A stretch of DNA of 37,251 nt, from NCBI GenBank assembly GCA_903847465.1, contig CAINDQ010000146.1, forward strand, positions 1-37,251, in the 5' to 3' direction. Of this stretch, positions 16,501-25,327 are shown one piece after another. Each line of letters begins with the position of its first letter. Position 1 is the first letter of the stretch. Origin of the DNA: an uncultured Candidatus Peregrinibacteria bacterium (lineage in GTDB: Bacteria > Patescibacteriota > Gracilibacteria > UBA1369 > LOWO2-01-FULL-3). A model generated the notes under the pieces. It saw only the letters and a list, made by a program, of their open reading frames with translations. It did not search any database and had not been told where the DNA came from. Both the position numbers and the translations under genes were made by a program.

Positions 16501-17656
16501 TAAGCTTTCTAGTGTCGTCAGTAGCCTCGCCCACTTTTACCCCATAATTATATATTCCGCACTCTATTCCCAAATTATTGCCTTGAGTGCTCACGTTATC
16601 TCCATCACAAAACAAAGATATAAATCCAAGATTTGTATTCCAAACATAGCCTTTCAAAGGATTGCTGTTGCCCACTTTTGTGGTAACACAAGCTGACTGC
16701 TCCTTTGCAGGAGCATATCCCGTCCCCTGCCCGATAATAGACAAATCTACTGTCTTCGAAGGAGTTCCTATTTTGTCCCAATCAACGTCCTCGTGCGAAC
16801 TAAAATTTGAAATTCCATGATCTTTTTGAGCCTCTGCAGCTTTGCTGGTTTCCCCCGCGATTCCGCCAATACATGCCCCCGCACCATCTGTCGAAGTTAC
16901 TATAGCTCTACTAATTTCTACTCCATTATCGAGTAAAACCGCTTCTATTGTTTTACTTGCTCCAAGCTTAAAAGAGGTCGTCGCCGTTACCGTTTTTTTA
17001 CCCTCTCCAACCTTAAAATTTACCGGAGAATAAGTTAGAGGAACAACATCGTAATCGTTCGCAACAAATTTAGGAGAATATGAACTTATAGCCGCACTTC
17101 CTTCAAATCTCAATCCATACGATTTTGCCTGCGTTGCCTTGGCTCCATTCGGGAATTGAATTGAAAAAGTCACGTCTTTCCCAGGAATAACCATTGCAGA
17201 AGAAGCTGAAATGGTTGGAGTCAGGACAACTGGGGCTGCTACCGTAATCGTCTGAGATGAAGGCGTATCGAGCATAACCTGAGTAGGATCTGCAGAATAA
17301 CCCGCTATTTGAAGAGTAATTGTATTTGGTCCTGAATAATTAGCAGGAATCGAAAATTGAGCTGATCCACTTGGGTCACCCTCAGGTATATTTATTGGAT
17401 CAGCGGTCAAGGAATAATCAGTAGTGCCTATTACGCCTATATCTGCATCAATATAATCATCCGAATATTGCGGAACCGCGGTTACGGTTACTGTTATTGG
17501 CACGCCTGGAGTAATCGTGTTTGAACTAACGCCTAGTGTCAACCAATGATGTGGCTGAGGTGCACGCGCCATCGCACTTCCGCCCCAAATTGCGCTCGCC
17601 AACACAGCAAAAATCATCATCCTCGCCACGTAAGATAAAACGTTTTTCTTATACAT
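13547..17656 (-). CDS. Large secreted/surface protein with Ig-like N-terminus, GxxW repeats and Cys-rich segments
   Basis: Likely start ATG 17656 (MYKKNVLSY... signal peptide); repeats GYVWNTNLGFISL, GEAWNPAFGYISF, GYGWTQAGVYLDF; 16 Cys in 98 aa at 15998-16291. Confidence 0.8.
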   Translation of the reverse strand: MYKKNVLSYVARMMIFAVLASAIWGGSAMARAPQPHHWLTLGVSSNTITPGVPITVTVTAVPQYSDDYIDADIGVIGTTDYSLTADPINIPEGDPSGSAQFSIPANYSGPNTITLQIAGYSADPTQVMLDTPSSQTITVAAPVVLTPTISASSAMVIPGKDVTFSIQFPNGAKATQAKSYGLRFEGSAAISSYSPKFVANDYDVVPLTYSPVNFKVGEGKKTVTATTSFKLGASKTIEAVLLDNGVEISRAIVTSTDGAGACIGGIAGETSKAAEAQKDHGISNFSSHEDVDWDKIGTPSKTVDLSIIGQGTGYAPAKEQSACVTTKVGNSNPLKGYVWNTNLGFISLFCDGDNVSTQGNNLGIECGIYNYGVKVGEATDDTRKLTGEAWNPAFGYISFSGEYDNGAGVSGDYGVIATKQAGTNRWSLSGYGWTQAGVYLDFTGGTIEIPTEDSLCNIDTAGWPCCLEPTPEICEPLACGGCNAAQLADPTNAACYCCEAGEGYLTDSPVCEVPQCLPPIDDVACCVLPEYTNDLLCKNDPLYCKLVSGGDLCVEFSPEPTFVDSESLPYFPVADCSDGYGMELFLRNAAGDPKDLTNETINLEFVWTDTVKIDQTSPSVGEPFAGESPFTEVGSGGGVAFKPTTISITSANLNEPNKWIEKVSGETGHYKLTDEKKIKSCAPTTAGNVSIIQTILNDVTGFNSVFDNEKFFGKTFAARNDLKLERILYEVITPGAPGQDADTVGGSVTPYDAPAYFKFKPWLEVSKLETTDLKDAIAGYRDIPVNVNVGLSRNSSKLFDKANPKVELTLGYSGKADISCDQNVETAGKKFGFLLEATNDLIAQPSCDSTNLIPSAVSPCKVSKGMGVNGSDVPLKFVGTTSTLKITPQLPGTPAVPQAICTKIDSPTLNSTISYNIEDKEIKYYSNKLPRIERGVLDNFAAIIHGTIYSAMVFSADVTDNLSPSGSQVSNIVRDTAHRQVTKYVKGGKDMETMTKQDIVSGDDTQKCIIKEDMSVMGGTGCSSSRYKLAILVGEEKADYFYGVDVVLGKIESTIESRVLPSESAFEYIGKRILVVEGGNVLINKNVYDEDEAFNGKSQLVIVALSAKDNTGKNVGGNVYIADDVTTLSNVAIVADGSMLPFPMVTDSNNVFSQLKDNSPELKNLNAFYSGSHQESSQLFMKGAVSAKTSMGISSLVDKGRHLNGAYEAVDSILSSMYYDWNAFRLYRGGVFDTAVKDSEGVNIDNCPVGLVVDLACGKCLTVDEQLMLSNDINADVCGEPVSNESYGDQPCVRNPDLSKCDGIQAAVGLITVKVATSSTEVVEVPKMGDLRSGRPADVGTESLLSRSSKPFYLYYSPITSAMLNAEGN

Positions 17657-17743
17657 AGAAAATTCATTAGGAATAAGAGTATTAACTAGCTTTAAATCTA
17701 GCACAAAGTTAGGAAAGAACAAATGTTTTCTCTCCTCAACTTT

Positions 17744-20071
17744 CTACTCCTCTTCTCCCTCTTTTTTTCCGTCTGCACCGACCGTGAATTTTTCGCCACT
17801 TTTATTCTCCACAATTATTCCTTTGCCATCTTTAGTGTTTTCCAGAGGTCTGTCCCATGTTGCAAATTTGCATTTTGGATATTTATTGCAGCCCCAGAAT
17901 ACTCTTCCGCCCTTTCTGGTTCGTCTTTCTACTAATTGGCCACTTCCACATTTTGGACATTTTACGCCAGAAAATACCGTTATGGAAACAATATTTTTGC
18001 AAGTTGGATAATTTCCACACCCTAAGAATGGTCCGTATTTTCCATTTTTTATTTCCATAGCTCCTCCGCATTTTTCGCATTTTTTATCTTTGAATTTCTT
18101 TTTCAATTCCTGAACTTCTTTGGATTCCAATTGTTGTTCGTGAGTTTGTTCACCCTCGTCTTTCCCCATATGCCCACCTTCACCATTCTTCAAAGGCTTT
18201 GCGTTTTTACATGTTGGATAATTACTGCATGACAAAAATTTTCCAAATCTTCCCAATTTAATAATCATTTTTGATCCGCATTTGTCACAAATTTCCGTAC
18301 TCTCTTCGTTCACGATATCTGATTTTTTTAAAGTCTTGTCTTTTTCAATCACATTCTTGTTAAACGGCACGTAGAAGTCACGAATTACAGGCACCCATTT
18401 CCTTTTTCCCTCCTCAATTTCATCTAACTTCGCTTCCATTTCCGCAGTAAATTGATAATCCACAATGTCCTTAAAATTCGCCACCAAAACATCCGTCACC
18501 ACCATTGCCACATCGGTCGGTTTCAAAGCTTTTCCATCTTTTTCAATGTATCCACGAGTCATGATTGTTGAAATTGTTGGCGCATAAGTAGACGGTCTAC
18601 CAATGCCTTCACTCTCCAATTTTTTCACCAATGACGCCTCCGTATATCTTGCTGGTGGTTTTGTAAAATGTTGCTCATCTACCAATTTTTCCAAAGAAAC
18701 TTTTTCGCCTTCAGCAAGCGCTGGCAAGAATTTTTCACCGTCTTGTTTTTCTTCTTCTTCCAAATCTTTTCCTTCCATATATACCTCCATAAATCCTGGA
18801 AATTTTACGGTTTGTCCTGTCGCCACAAATGTCGCAACAGACTCTTTTTCCCTTGCAGCCGTGATTTCAGCGGCCACTCTTTCCAAAATTGCCTCCTTCA
18901 TCTGACAAGCAATTGTTCTTTTCCAAACTAAATCATAAATTCTCGCCTGATCTTTTGTTAAGAATTTTTCAGCTTGATCAGGATGCAAAGTTAAATCGAC
19001 CGGACGAATAGCTTCATGCGCTTCTTGCGCCCCTTTTCTTCCTTTATATTTTCGCGGAGTATCCAACACAAATTCTTTTCCAAAATGTTTTCCAATTACT
19101 TCTTTCGCCACACCCAAAGCAAAATCAGACAAATTCACACTATCAGTTCTCATGTAAGTAATAAGACCTGTTTCGCCACTTCCAGTATCCACACCTTCAT
19201 AAAGTTGCTGAGCAATCATCATCGTTTTCTTCACAGAGAAGCCAAGTTTTCGAGATGCTTCCTGTTGAAGAGTAGAAGTAATGAATGGTGCAGCTGGACT
19301 TTTTACTACCTGTTTTTGTTCAATGTTTGTAATTTCATAATTCGATCCTTCTAGATTTTTCAAAATATCTTTCGCCTGTTTTTCATTTTTAATTTCAACC
19401 TTTTCTTTTTTATAATCACGCAAAGAAGCTTCGAAACTCTTCTGCAATTTGCTTAATTTTTTATCTTCTTTTTCGAATAAACCGGTAATGCTCCAGTATT
19501 CATCAGTTTTGAATGCTTGAATTTCGCGTTCTCTTTCTACTACAAGACGCACCGCCACACTCTGCACACGTCCTGCGGAAAGCCCGTATCTCACCTTCTT
19601 CCATAATAAAGGAGAAAGTTCATAACCCACCAACCTATCCAAAACTCTACGCGCTTGTTGGGCGTCTACAAGATTTTGATCAATATCGCGAGGATGTTGC
19701 AAAGCTTCCTTAATAGCCTTTTCGGTAATCTCATGAAAAGCGATTCTCTTTGCTGGAATTTTCGACTTAGCAACTTTTAAAACCTCCATTAAATGCCATC
19801 CAATAGCCTCTCCTTCGCGGTCCTCATCAGTCGCGATCCAAAGTTTTTTTGCTTTCTTAAGTTCGTCCTGCAGTTGCTTCACCACTTTCTTTTTATCCAC
19901 CGAAATCAGATAGCTGGGTTTGAAATCGTTTTCAATTTCGATACCCATCTTTGATTTAGGCAAATCACAAACGTGCCCCATCGAAGCAAGCACTTTATAA
20001 TCTTTTCCCAAGAATCTCGAAATGGTCTTCGCTTTTGCAGGAGACTCCACTATTACTAAATTTTCAGACAT
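17744..20071 (-). CDS. topA: DNA topoisomerase I
   Basis: LVIVESPAKAKTI, ATDEDREGE, SAGRVQS, catalytic ITYMRTD, three C4 zinc ribbons. Confidence 0.98.
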   Translation of the reverse strand: MSENLVIVESPAKAKTISRFLGKDYKVLASMGHVCDLPKSKMGIEIENDFKPSYLISVDKKKVVKQLQDELKKAKKLWIATDEDREGEAIGWHLMEVLKVAKSKIPAKRIAFHEITEKAIKEALQHPRDIDQNLVDAQQARRVLDRLVGYELSPLLWKKVRYGLSAGRVQSVAVRLVVEREREIQAFKTDEYWSITGLFEKEDKKLSKLQKSFEASLRDYKKEKVEIKNEKQAKDILKNLEGSNYEITNIEQKQVVKSPAAPFITSTLQQEASRKLGFSVKKTMMIAQQLYEGVDTGSGETGLITYMRTDSVNLSDFALGVAKEVIGKHFGKEFVLDTPRKYKGRKGAQEAHEAIRPVDLTLHPDQAEKFLTKDQARIYDLVWKRTIACQMKEAILERVAAEITAAREKESVATFVATGQTVKFPGFMEVYMEGKDLEEEEKQDGEKFLPALAEGEKVSLEKLVDEQHFTKPPARYTEASLVKKLESEGIGRPSTYAPTISTIMTRGYIEKDGKALKPTDVAMVVTDVLVANFKDIVDYQFTAEMEAKLDEIEEGKRKWVPVIRDFYVPFNKNVIEKDKTLKKSDIVNEESTEICDKCGSKMIIKLGRFGKFLSCSNYPTCKNAKPLKNGEGGHMGKDEGEQTHEQQLESKEVQELKKKFKDKKCEKCGGAMEIKNGKYGPFLGCGNYPTCKNIVSITVFSGVKCPKCGSGQLVERRTRKGGRVFWGCNKYPKCKFATWDRPLENTKDGKGIIVENKSGEKFTVGADGKKEGEEE

Positions 20072-20303
20072 AAAAATAATTTAAAAGTTGTATGAATTTT
20101 TACCACACCATTGTTATCGCCTTTTAAGCGCTTGTCAAAAATATTTTTTCTAACATAAAGAAAACGGCTTGTAGATAACGAAACATATTAAAATCGTTTG
20201 CAACAAAATTTGAGAACGGCTTAAACAAGCCAAAAAACAATATTTTTTCCATCAAAAAGGGCTAGTTTTCCCTGTATTAAGCGATTGTCAAGTTTTAAAT
20301 CGC

Positions 20304-20331
20304 TTGATTTCAAAAAACAAAGCCATATAAT
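20304..20331 (+). promoter_or_regulatory. Putative hup promoter
   Basis: TTGATT-16 bp-TATAAT about 100 nt upstream of hup. Confidence 0.45.
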
Positions 20332-20433
20332 GCACGTAGGCTTTTCGAGAAATAGGGGAAATTTCTCATTCTAATCAGGAAAATTCAAATTTATTATTCT
20401 CTATTTAAATTATTTCCTTAACCCACGTCTATT

Positions 20434-20709
20434 ATGACAAAGCAAGATTTAGTGGCTACAGCAGCACAAGCAGCTGGAGTTACAAAGAAAGCTGCAGGTG
20501 AGGTTCTAGAATCAGTTCTAGGATCAGTTACAAAGAGCCTTAAAAAAGGTGAAAACGTAACAATCACAGGTTTCGGCACATTCCGCATTTCAAAGAGAGC
20601 GGCTCGCACAGGTGTAAACCCAAGAAACCCAAGTCAGAAAATCAAGATCCCAGCAATGAAGCTTCCAGCTTTCAAGGCAGGAAAATCATTGAAGGATGCT
20701 GTTAGATAG
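20434..20709 (+). CDS. hup: DNA-binding protein HU
   Basis: MTKQDL, GFGTF, RAARTGVNP, PAFKAGKSLKDAV. Confidence 0.97.
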   Translation: MTKQDLVATAAQAAGVTKKAAGEVLESVLGSVTKSLKKGENVTITGFGTFRISKRAARTGVNPRNPSQKIKIPAMKLPAFKAGKSLKDAVR

Positions 20710-20726
20710 TCTGATACATTCTTTCG

Positions 20727-20760
20727 AAAAGGCCCTTTGATTTATCAAGGGGCTTTTTTT
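20727..20760 (+). terminator. Intrinsic terminator after hup
   Basis: aaaa-ggccctttga-ttta-tcaaggggct-tttttt. Confidence 0.88.
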
Positions 20761-20761
20761 G

Positions 20762-20913
20762 TGAAGCGGAGAGGTAGGCGTTCCGAAGCGAACCCGCCGT
20801 AGGTGGGGAAGCGCAGGACTTTTTTCGCTGAAAGTTGCGACGGTCAGGAGCAAAACTTTCGAGAAAAAAGAGCCGGACCCCGTTGAAGCGGAGAGGTAGG
20901 CGTTCCCCGTTGA
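20762..20913. repeat. 23-bp direct repeat flanking element B
   Basis: tgaagcggagaggtaggcgttcc at 20762-20784 and 20884-20906; ccccgttga at 20878-20886 and 20905-20913. Confidence 0.9.
20763..20886 (+). other. Structured intergenic element, copy B
   Basis: Arm 1 ttcc-GAAGCGAA-cccgcc(gta)ggtggg-GAAGCGCA-ggac; arm 2 cttttttc/gaaaaaag and gaaagtt/aactttc; same layout as 5348-5463. Confidence 0.65.
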
Positions 20914-20920
20914 GAGTTTT

Positions 20921-21340
20921 CTATTTATTCCCAAACAACACGTACTTCCTCATGAAAAAGTTCCACAAATACACAATCGTAGCCGCCATCACCTTCGAAA
21001 ACATATAATAGATATGCAATCTTTCCGTAAAGAACCAAAGCCCCATTTCCGTTAAGGCAAGTCCAGCAACGCCGATCAAACAATAAATAATAAATTCCAC
21101 CTTCACGTTCTTTATAGATCTTTTTTTGAATGCCCAATTCACGCTGAGCAAATAACTAATAACGAGTCCAAACAAAAAAGCGATTGCCGCTGAATACAAA
21201 TAATATATCTTTGCAAATTCTGTTAGTGAAAATAATATCGTGAAATCCACAATCGTAGTCGTAAATCCAACTACCGCATATCTAAAGAATTCAAAATAAA
21301 ATCCCTCCCCGTCCGTCAATTTTCTAAAAAGTTTTCTCAT
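20921..21340 (-). CDS. GtrA-family flippase
   Basis: FFRYAVVG...VD, SYLLSVNWAF, LWNFFMRKYVLF; four TM helices. Start moved to ATG 21340. Confidence 0.92.
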   Translation of the reverse strand: MRKLFRKLTDGEGFYFEFFRYAVVGFTTTIVDFTILFSLTEFAKIYYLYSAAIAFLFGLVISYLLSVNWAFKKRSIKNVKVEFIIYCLIGVAGLALTEMGLWFFTERLHIYYMFSKVMAATIVYLWNFFMRKYVLFGNK

Positions 21341-21346
21341 ACAGGC

Positions 21347-21375
21347 AGAATACGAATATCCATGAACTAAGTCAA
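21347..21375 (-). promoter_or_regulatory. Sigma70 promoter giving a leaderless gtrA mRNA
   Basis: TTGACT-17 bp-TATTCT-6 nt-ATG 21340. Confidence 0.6.
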
Positions 21376-21435
21376 CACCGCTTCCAAAGACTTGCAAAGA
21401 ATGTTACATTTAGCCAAAATAACCGCCAACAAAAC

Positions 21436-22995
21436 TTGTTTAAAAAAATATTACCGTACAAAAAACTTTTACTAGAGAGCCTCTTTTTTATCGCAATTTT
21501 AGGCTTATTCCTGTTCATAAGTACAAAACTACTCCTCGGCCCTTACAACTTTTCCAGAGCAATAAACATCTATGACGAAGGTGTTCTTCTGACTGGCGCA
21601 AAAAGATTCGCCCAAGGGGAAATTCCATACAAAGATTTTTGGACTATATACACTCCGCTCAATTGTCTTTCATTAGGATGGATTTTTAAAATTTTTGGCC
21701 AAAGCGTCTACATCGAAAGATTATTCAACCTTATAATTTCACTAGCTGGATTATCCGCTATTTACGCCTTGCTCCGAACAAAAACCAAGTTCGTTTATGC
21801 CGGAATAGCTTGTTTGTTTTTTGCTTTCCTTGCCAGTCCAATAAAAATCACTCACCTTTTTATTTTCTCAGCTCTTATTGCAATTTTTTATCTCGTCGAA
21901 AATCGAAACAGCAAATTAACACCAATAATATGCGGCGCAATCTGCGGACTAGGATTTATAAACCGATTTGATTTTGGAGGATTGATGGGCGCCATCTCTG
22001 TAATTTCATTCCTCTTAATATACAAAAGTGATTACAAACAATTCTTTAAACAAATCCTTAGATTCTCTCTTGGATTTTTTGTAATTATTCTGCCTGTAAT
22101 TTTATGGCTTGTTAACGAAGGCGCCTTGAAAGACATGATTGAACAAACAATTCTTTATCCATTCCTCGGCAACTATTCCGCCATGAGAACATTGCCGTTC
22201 CCAGAAATAAGCGCAGGAGCAGGCCGTCTCAAAGACACTATCTATAATTTCTTCAACCTATTCTTTCCAGTATTGATAATTGCTTTTTCATTGCTGAAAT
22301 TATTTATTTCGAAGAAAAAAGAATCCATTCAAACAATCCTTATAATCCTCGTCGTTATTGGCACGATTCCTTATTTGTTCTCGCGAAGCGACGCCCCACA
22401 TTTTAATTTTATAAACATCTTGGCTCTGACTTTATTTTTTTATACAGTTTTTTCCATCAAGAATTTCAAATTCAAACATTTTGCGATTAGCTTATTAATT
22501 CCTCTATTTCTGATCAGTCGCCCACTACTTACTCAAATCCGAGAAACCCAAAATTTCAACAACCTACCATCAAAAGAGTATTCATTTTATTCAGAACCAT
22601 TGGCAAAAACAGCCCAAAACGACACCTTGGAAAAAGTTTACGAATACATAAAAACAAACACCAAGCCAAGCGATCCTATTTACATAGGCCTATATGATCA
22701 CACTAGAATATTCACCAACAATGCTTTGTTATATTTCCTTCTGCCAAACAAAATCGCCACGAAATACCACGAACTGCACCCAGGAATAACGAACACAACG
22801 GAGGTTCAAAAAACAATGATCCAGGAACTTCGCCAAGCAAAATATATTATTTTATGGGATAATTTTTTGTGCGAAAAGAATGAAAGCTGTAAATCGAGCG
22901 AAGCCAAATCGCTAGATGAATATATAAAGAACAATTATTTGGAAATCGCTCAATTCCCTGGATACAAAATATTAAAAAAATCAGCCAACCCTTAA
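21436..22995 (+). CDS. Polytopic GT-C (ArnT/PMT-like) glycosyltransferase
   Basis: TTG start; YDEG after TM1, GEIPYKDFWTIYTP, many TM helices and a soluble C-terminal domain. Confidence 0.8.
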   Translation: MFKKILPYKKLLLESLFFIAILGLFLFISTKLLLGPYNFSRAINIYDEGVLLTGAKRFAQGEIPYKDFWTIYTPLNCLSLGWIFKIFGQSVYIERLFNLIISLAGLSAIYALLRTKTKFVYAGIACLFFAFLASPIKITHLFIFSALIAIFYLVENRNSKLTPIICGAICGLGFINRFDFGGLMGAISVISFLLIYKSDYKQFFKQILRFSLGFFVIILPVILWLVNEGALKDMIEQTILYPFLGNYSAMRTLPFPEISAGAGRLKDTIYNFFNLFFPVLIIAFSLLKLFISKKKESIQTILIILVVIGTIPYLFSRSDAPHFNFINILALTLFFYTVFSIKNFKFKHFAISLLIPLFLISRPLLTQIRETQNFNNLPSKEYSFYSEPLAKTAQNDTLEKVYEYIKTNTKPSDPIYIGLYDHTRIFTNNALLYFLLPNKIATKYHELHPGITNTTEVQKTMIQELRQAKYIILWDNFLCEKNESCKSSEAKSLDEYIKNNYLEIAQFPGYKILKKSANP

Positions 22996-24179
22996 TGCTC
23001 AAGCGCGCCATCACCAAACTCAAATCTTCCGACAAATCCAAGCAATTTATAAAGTATTGTCTTGTTGGAGGAGTGAACACTTTTATAGATATCGGCGCCC
23101 TATATGTCTTTGTTGAATATTTGAAAATTGACGTAATCACGGCCTCTGTATTCTCTTTTATCATTGCTGTGGCAAATAGTTTCTTGATGAATAAATTGTG
23201 GACTTTCAGAAACAAATCCACCAATTATCGCAAACAATTTATAAAATTTTTCATCGTTTCGGTTATCGGGTTAGGCGTGAATACGATTTTCATGTTTACA
23301 TTGGTCAACCTCTTGAGTATCTGGTACATCCTTTCAAAAGTAATAACTTCTTTCGTAGTCCTGACTTGGAATTTCTTGGTGAACAAATTTTGGACCTTTC
23401 GACTTTTCCAACAAAACATAGAAATTCTCAAAAATTTCGAGAAAGATTTATCTATTATCGTTCCAGCTTATAACGAAGAAAAAAGAATAGGAAAAACAAT
23501 ATTGGCAATCTCCGACTATATAACAACCCGAAAAATTAAGGCCGAAATTATCGTGGTTGACGACGGAAGCAAAGATAAGACCGCACAAGTCGTAAACAAT
23601 CTTTCAAAGAAAATCACCAATCTTCGCCTAGTTTCGTATCAACCAAATAGAGGAAAAGGATTTGCTGTTAAAAAAGGAGTTGAAGAAAGTAGAAGTAAAT
23701 TAATCCTTTTTACAGATGCGGATGGCTCCACGCCCATCGAAGAATATGAAAATTTAAAAAATTCGTTAGACAAAACTTCCTCCGATATTGCGATAGGATC
23801 ACGCTATATGGCCGAAAGTAATGTAAAAATAAAACAGCCATTCTCAAGAATTATGATCGGCAGAGTCGGCAACTTCTTGATAAGAATTTTCTTGATAGAA
23901 AATATTCGAGACACTCAATGCGGATTTAAGTTGTTCAAACACACCGCCGCCAAAAACATTTTCCATTTCCAAAAAGTAAAACGCTTTGCCTTCGACATGG
24001 AAGCTTTAACCATCGCCAACCATCTAGGCTATAAAATTGTCGAAATCCCCGTAACATGGAGCGATTCAACCGATTCTAGGCTCCGTCCAGTCAGAGATTC
24101 GATCCGAACACTAAAAGATTTGATTTTCATCAAACTAAACCTCCTTTCAGGGCGTTATCGTCAAGAAAAAACAAAATAA
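22995..24179 (+). CDS. GtrA-GT2 fusion (polyprenyl-phosphate glycosyltransferase, Alg5-like)
   Basis: N-terminal GtrA (QFIKYCLVG...WNFLVNKFWTF); GT2 motifs IVPAYNE, VDDGSKD, NRGKG, FTDADG, DTQCGFKLF, FDME. Confidence 0.92.
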   Translation: MLKRAITKLKSSDKSKQFIKYCLVGGVNTFIDIGALYVFVEYLKIDVITASVFSFIIAVANSFLMNKLWTFRNKSTNYRKQFIKFFIVSVIGLGVNTIFMFTLVNLLSIWYILSKVITSFVVLTWNFLVNKFWTFRLFQQNIEILKNFEKDLSIIVPAYNEEKRIGKTILAISDYITTRKIKAEIIVVDDGSKDKTAQVVNNLSKKITNLRLVSYQPNRGKGFAVKKGVEESRSKLILFTDADGSTPIEEYENLKNSLDKTSSDIAIGSRYMAESNVKIKQPFSRIMIGRVGNFLIRIFLIENIRDTQCGFKLFKHTAAKNIFHFQKVKRFAFDMEALTIANHLGYKIVEIPVTWSDSTDSRLRPVRDSIRTLKDLIFIKLNLLSGRYRQEKTK

Positions 24180-24283
24180 AATCTCCGCCCAACTTCTCAA
24201 TCAAGCCTCTTTTTTTATCTTCTTGAAAAAAAGCAAGAAAACCTTTAAATTAAGCCAGTATAAACAGTGATTTTGTCGCACAA

Positions 24284-25327
24284 ATGGAACAAACCTTAAA
24301 AAATCTAGAAGCTCAAGCCCTGAAGGACCTCGAAAAAGTCACTAGTATGCCCGAACTCGAAACTTTGGAATTGCAATATTTAGGCAGAAAAGACGGCTCA
24401 GTTACAAACATAATGAAAAGCCTGAAAGACCTTCCGGCAAGCCAAAAACCCATCATCGGACCGCTCGCAAACAAAACCAAAACCATTATTGAATATGCTT
24501 TCGAAAACAAAAGAAAATCATTCGAAGAAGCCGATCTGACCAAACAGCTTTCCAAAGAATTTTTTGACACCACAATTCCTTCAAAGATCAGAGAAATTGG
24601 CCATATTCATCCCCTTTCTCAGGTTCAAGAAGAAGTCGAAAGAATCTTCTCCCAGATGGGTTTTTCGATCATGGACGGCCCTGAAGTCGAATCCGAATAT
24701 TACAATTTTGAAAGCTTAAACGTTCCAAAAGATCATCCAGCTCGCGATATGCAGGACACTTTTTTCATTCAAGAAAAAGATGATCCAAAACACGGCCGAA
24801 TGGTTCTCCGCACACAGACTTCTCCAGTTCAGGTCCGCACTATGGAAAAATATGGCGCGCCTCTTCGCGTGATTGTGCCAGGAAGAACGTTTCGTTACGA
24901 AGCAACTGATGCTAGTCACGACACCACTTTTTACCAAGTAGAAGGCTTATTAATAGACAAAGATATTTCTCTCGCTCATTTGAAAGGAATTATGAAAGAA
25001 TTTTTAAGTCGCCTATTCGGCAAAGACGTCGTTGTGAGATTTCGACCGGGATATTTTCCATTCGTAGAACCGGGATTGGAACTCGATTTCTCGTGCCTGC
25101 TATGCGACGGAAAAGGTTGTCGTGTTTGCAAACACTCTGGCTGGGTAGAATTTATGGGCGCAGGAATGGTTCATGAAAACGTTTTGAAAGCCGGAGGAGT
25201 TGATTCGAAAATTTATCAAGGTTGGGCCTTCGGTTTTGGGCTTACTCGTCTCGTTATGATGAAATACAAAATTGACGATATTCGTCTGTTACTTGGTGGA
25301 GATTTAAGATTTAATAAACAATTCTAA
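24284..25327 (+). CDS. pheS: Phenylalanine-tRNA ligase alpha subunit
   Basis: GHIHP, HPARDMQDTF, LRTQTS, FYQVEG, YFPFVEP, AFGFGLTR. Confidence 0.99.
   Translation: MEQTLKNLEAQALKDLEKVTSMPELETLELQYLGRKDGSVTNIMKSLKDLPASQKPIIGPLANKTKTIIEYAFENKRKSFEEADLTKQLSKEFFDTTIPSKIREIGHIHPLSQVQEEVERIFSQMGFSIMDGPEVESEYYNFESLNVPKDHPARDMQDTFFIQEKDDPKHGRMVLRTQTSPVQVRTMEKYGAPLRVIVPGRTFRYEATDASHDTTFYQVEGLLIDKDISLAHLKGIMKEFLSRLFGKDVVVRFRPGYFPFVEPGLELDFSCLLCDGKGCRVCKHSGWVEFMGAGMVHENVLKAGGVDSKIYQGWAFGFGLTRLVMMKYKIDDIRLLLGGDLRFNKQF

Noticed and set aside
20762-20790. Resemblance of the repeat to the reverse complement of a tRNA-Ser 3' end (GCGGAGAG)
   Set aside because: Only 8 bp match and no cloverleaf.
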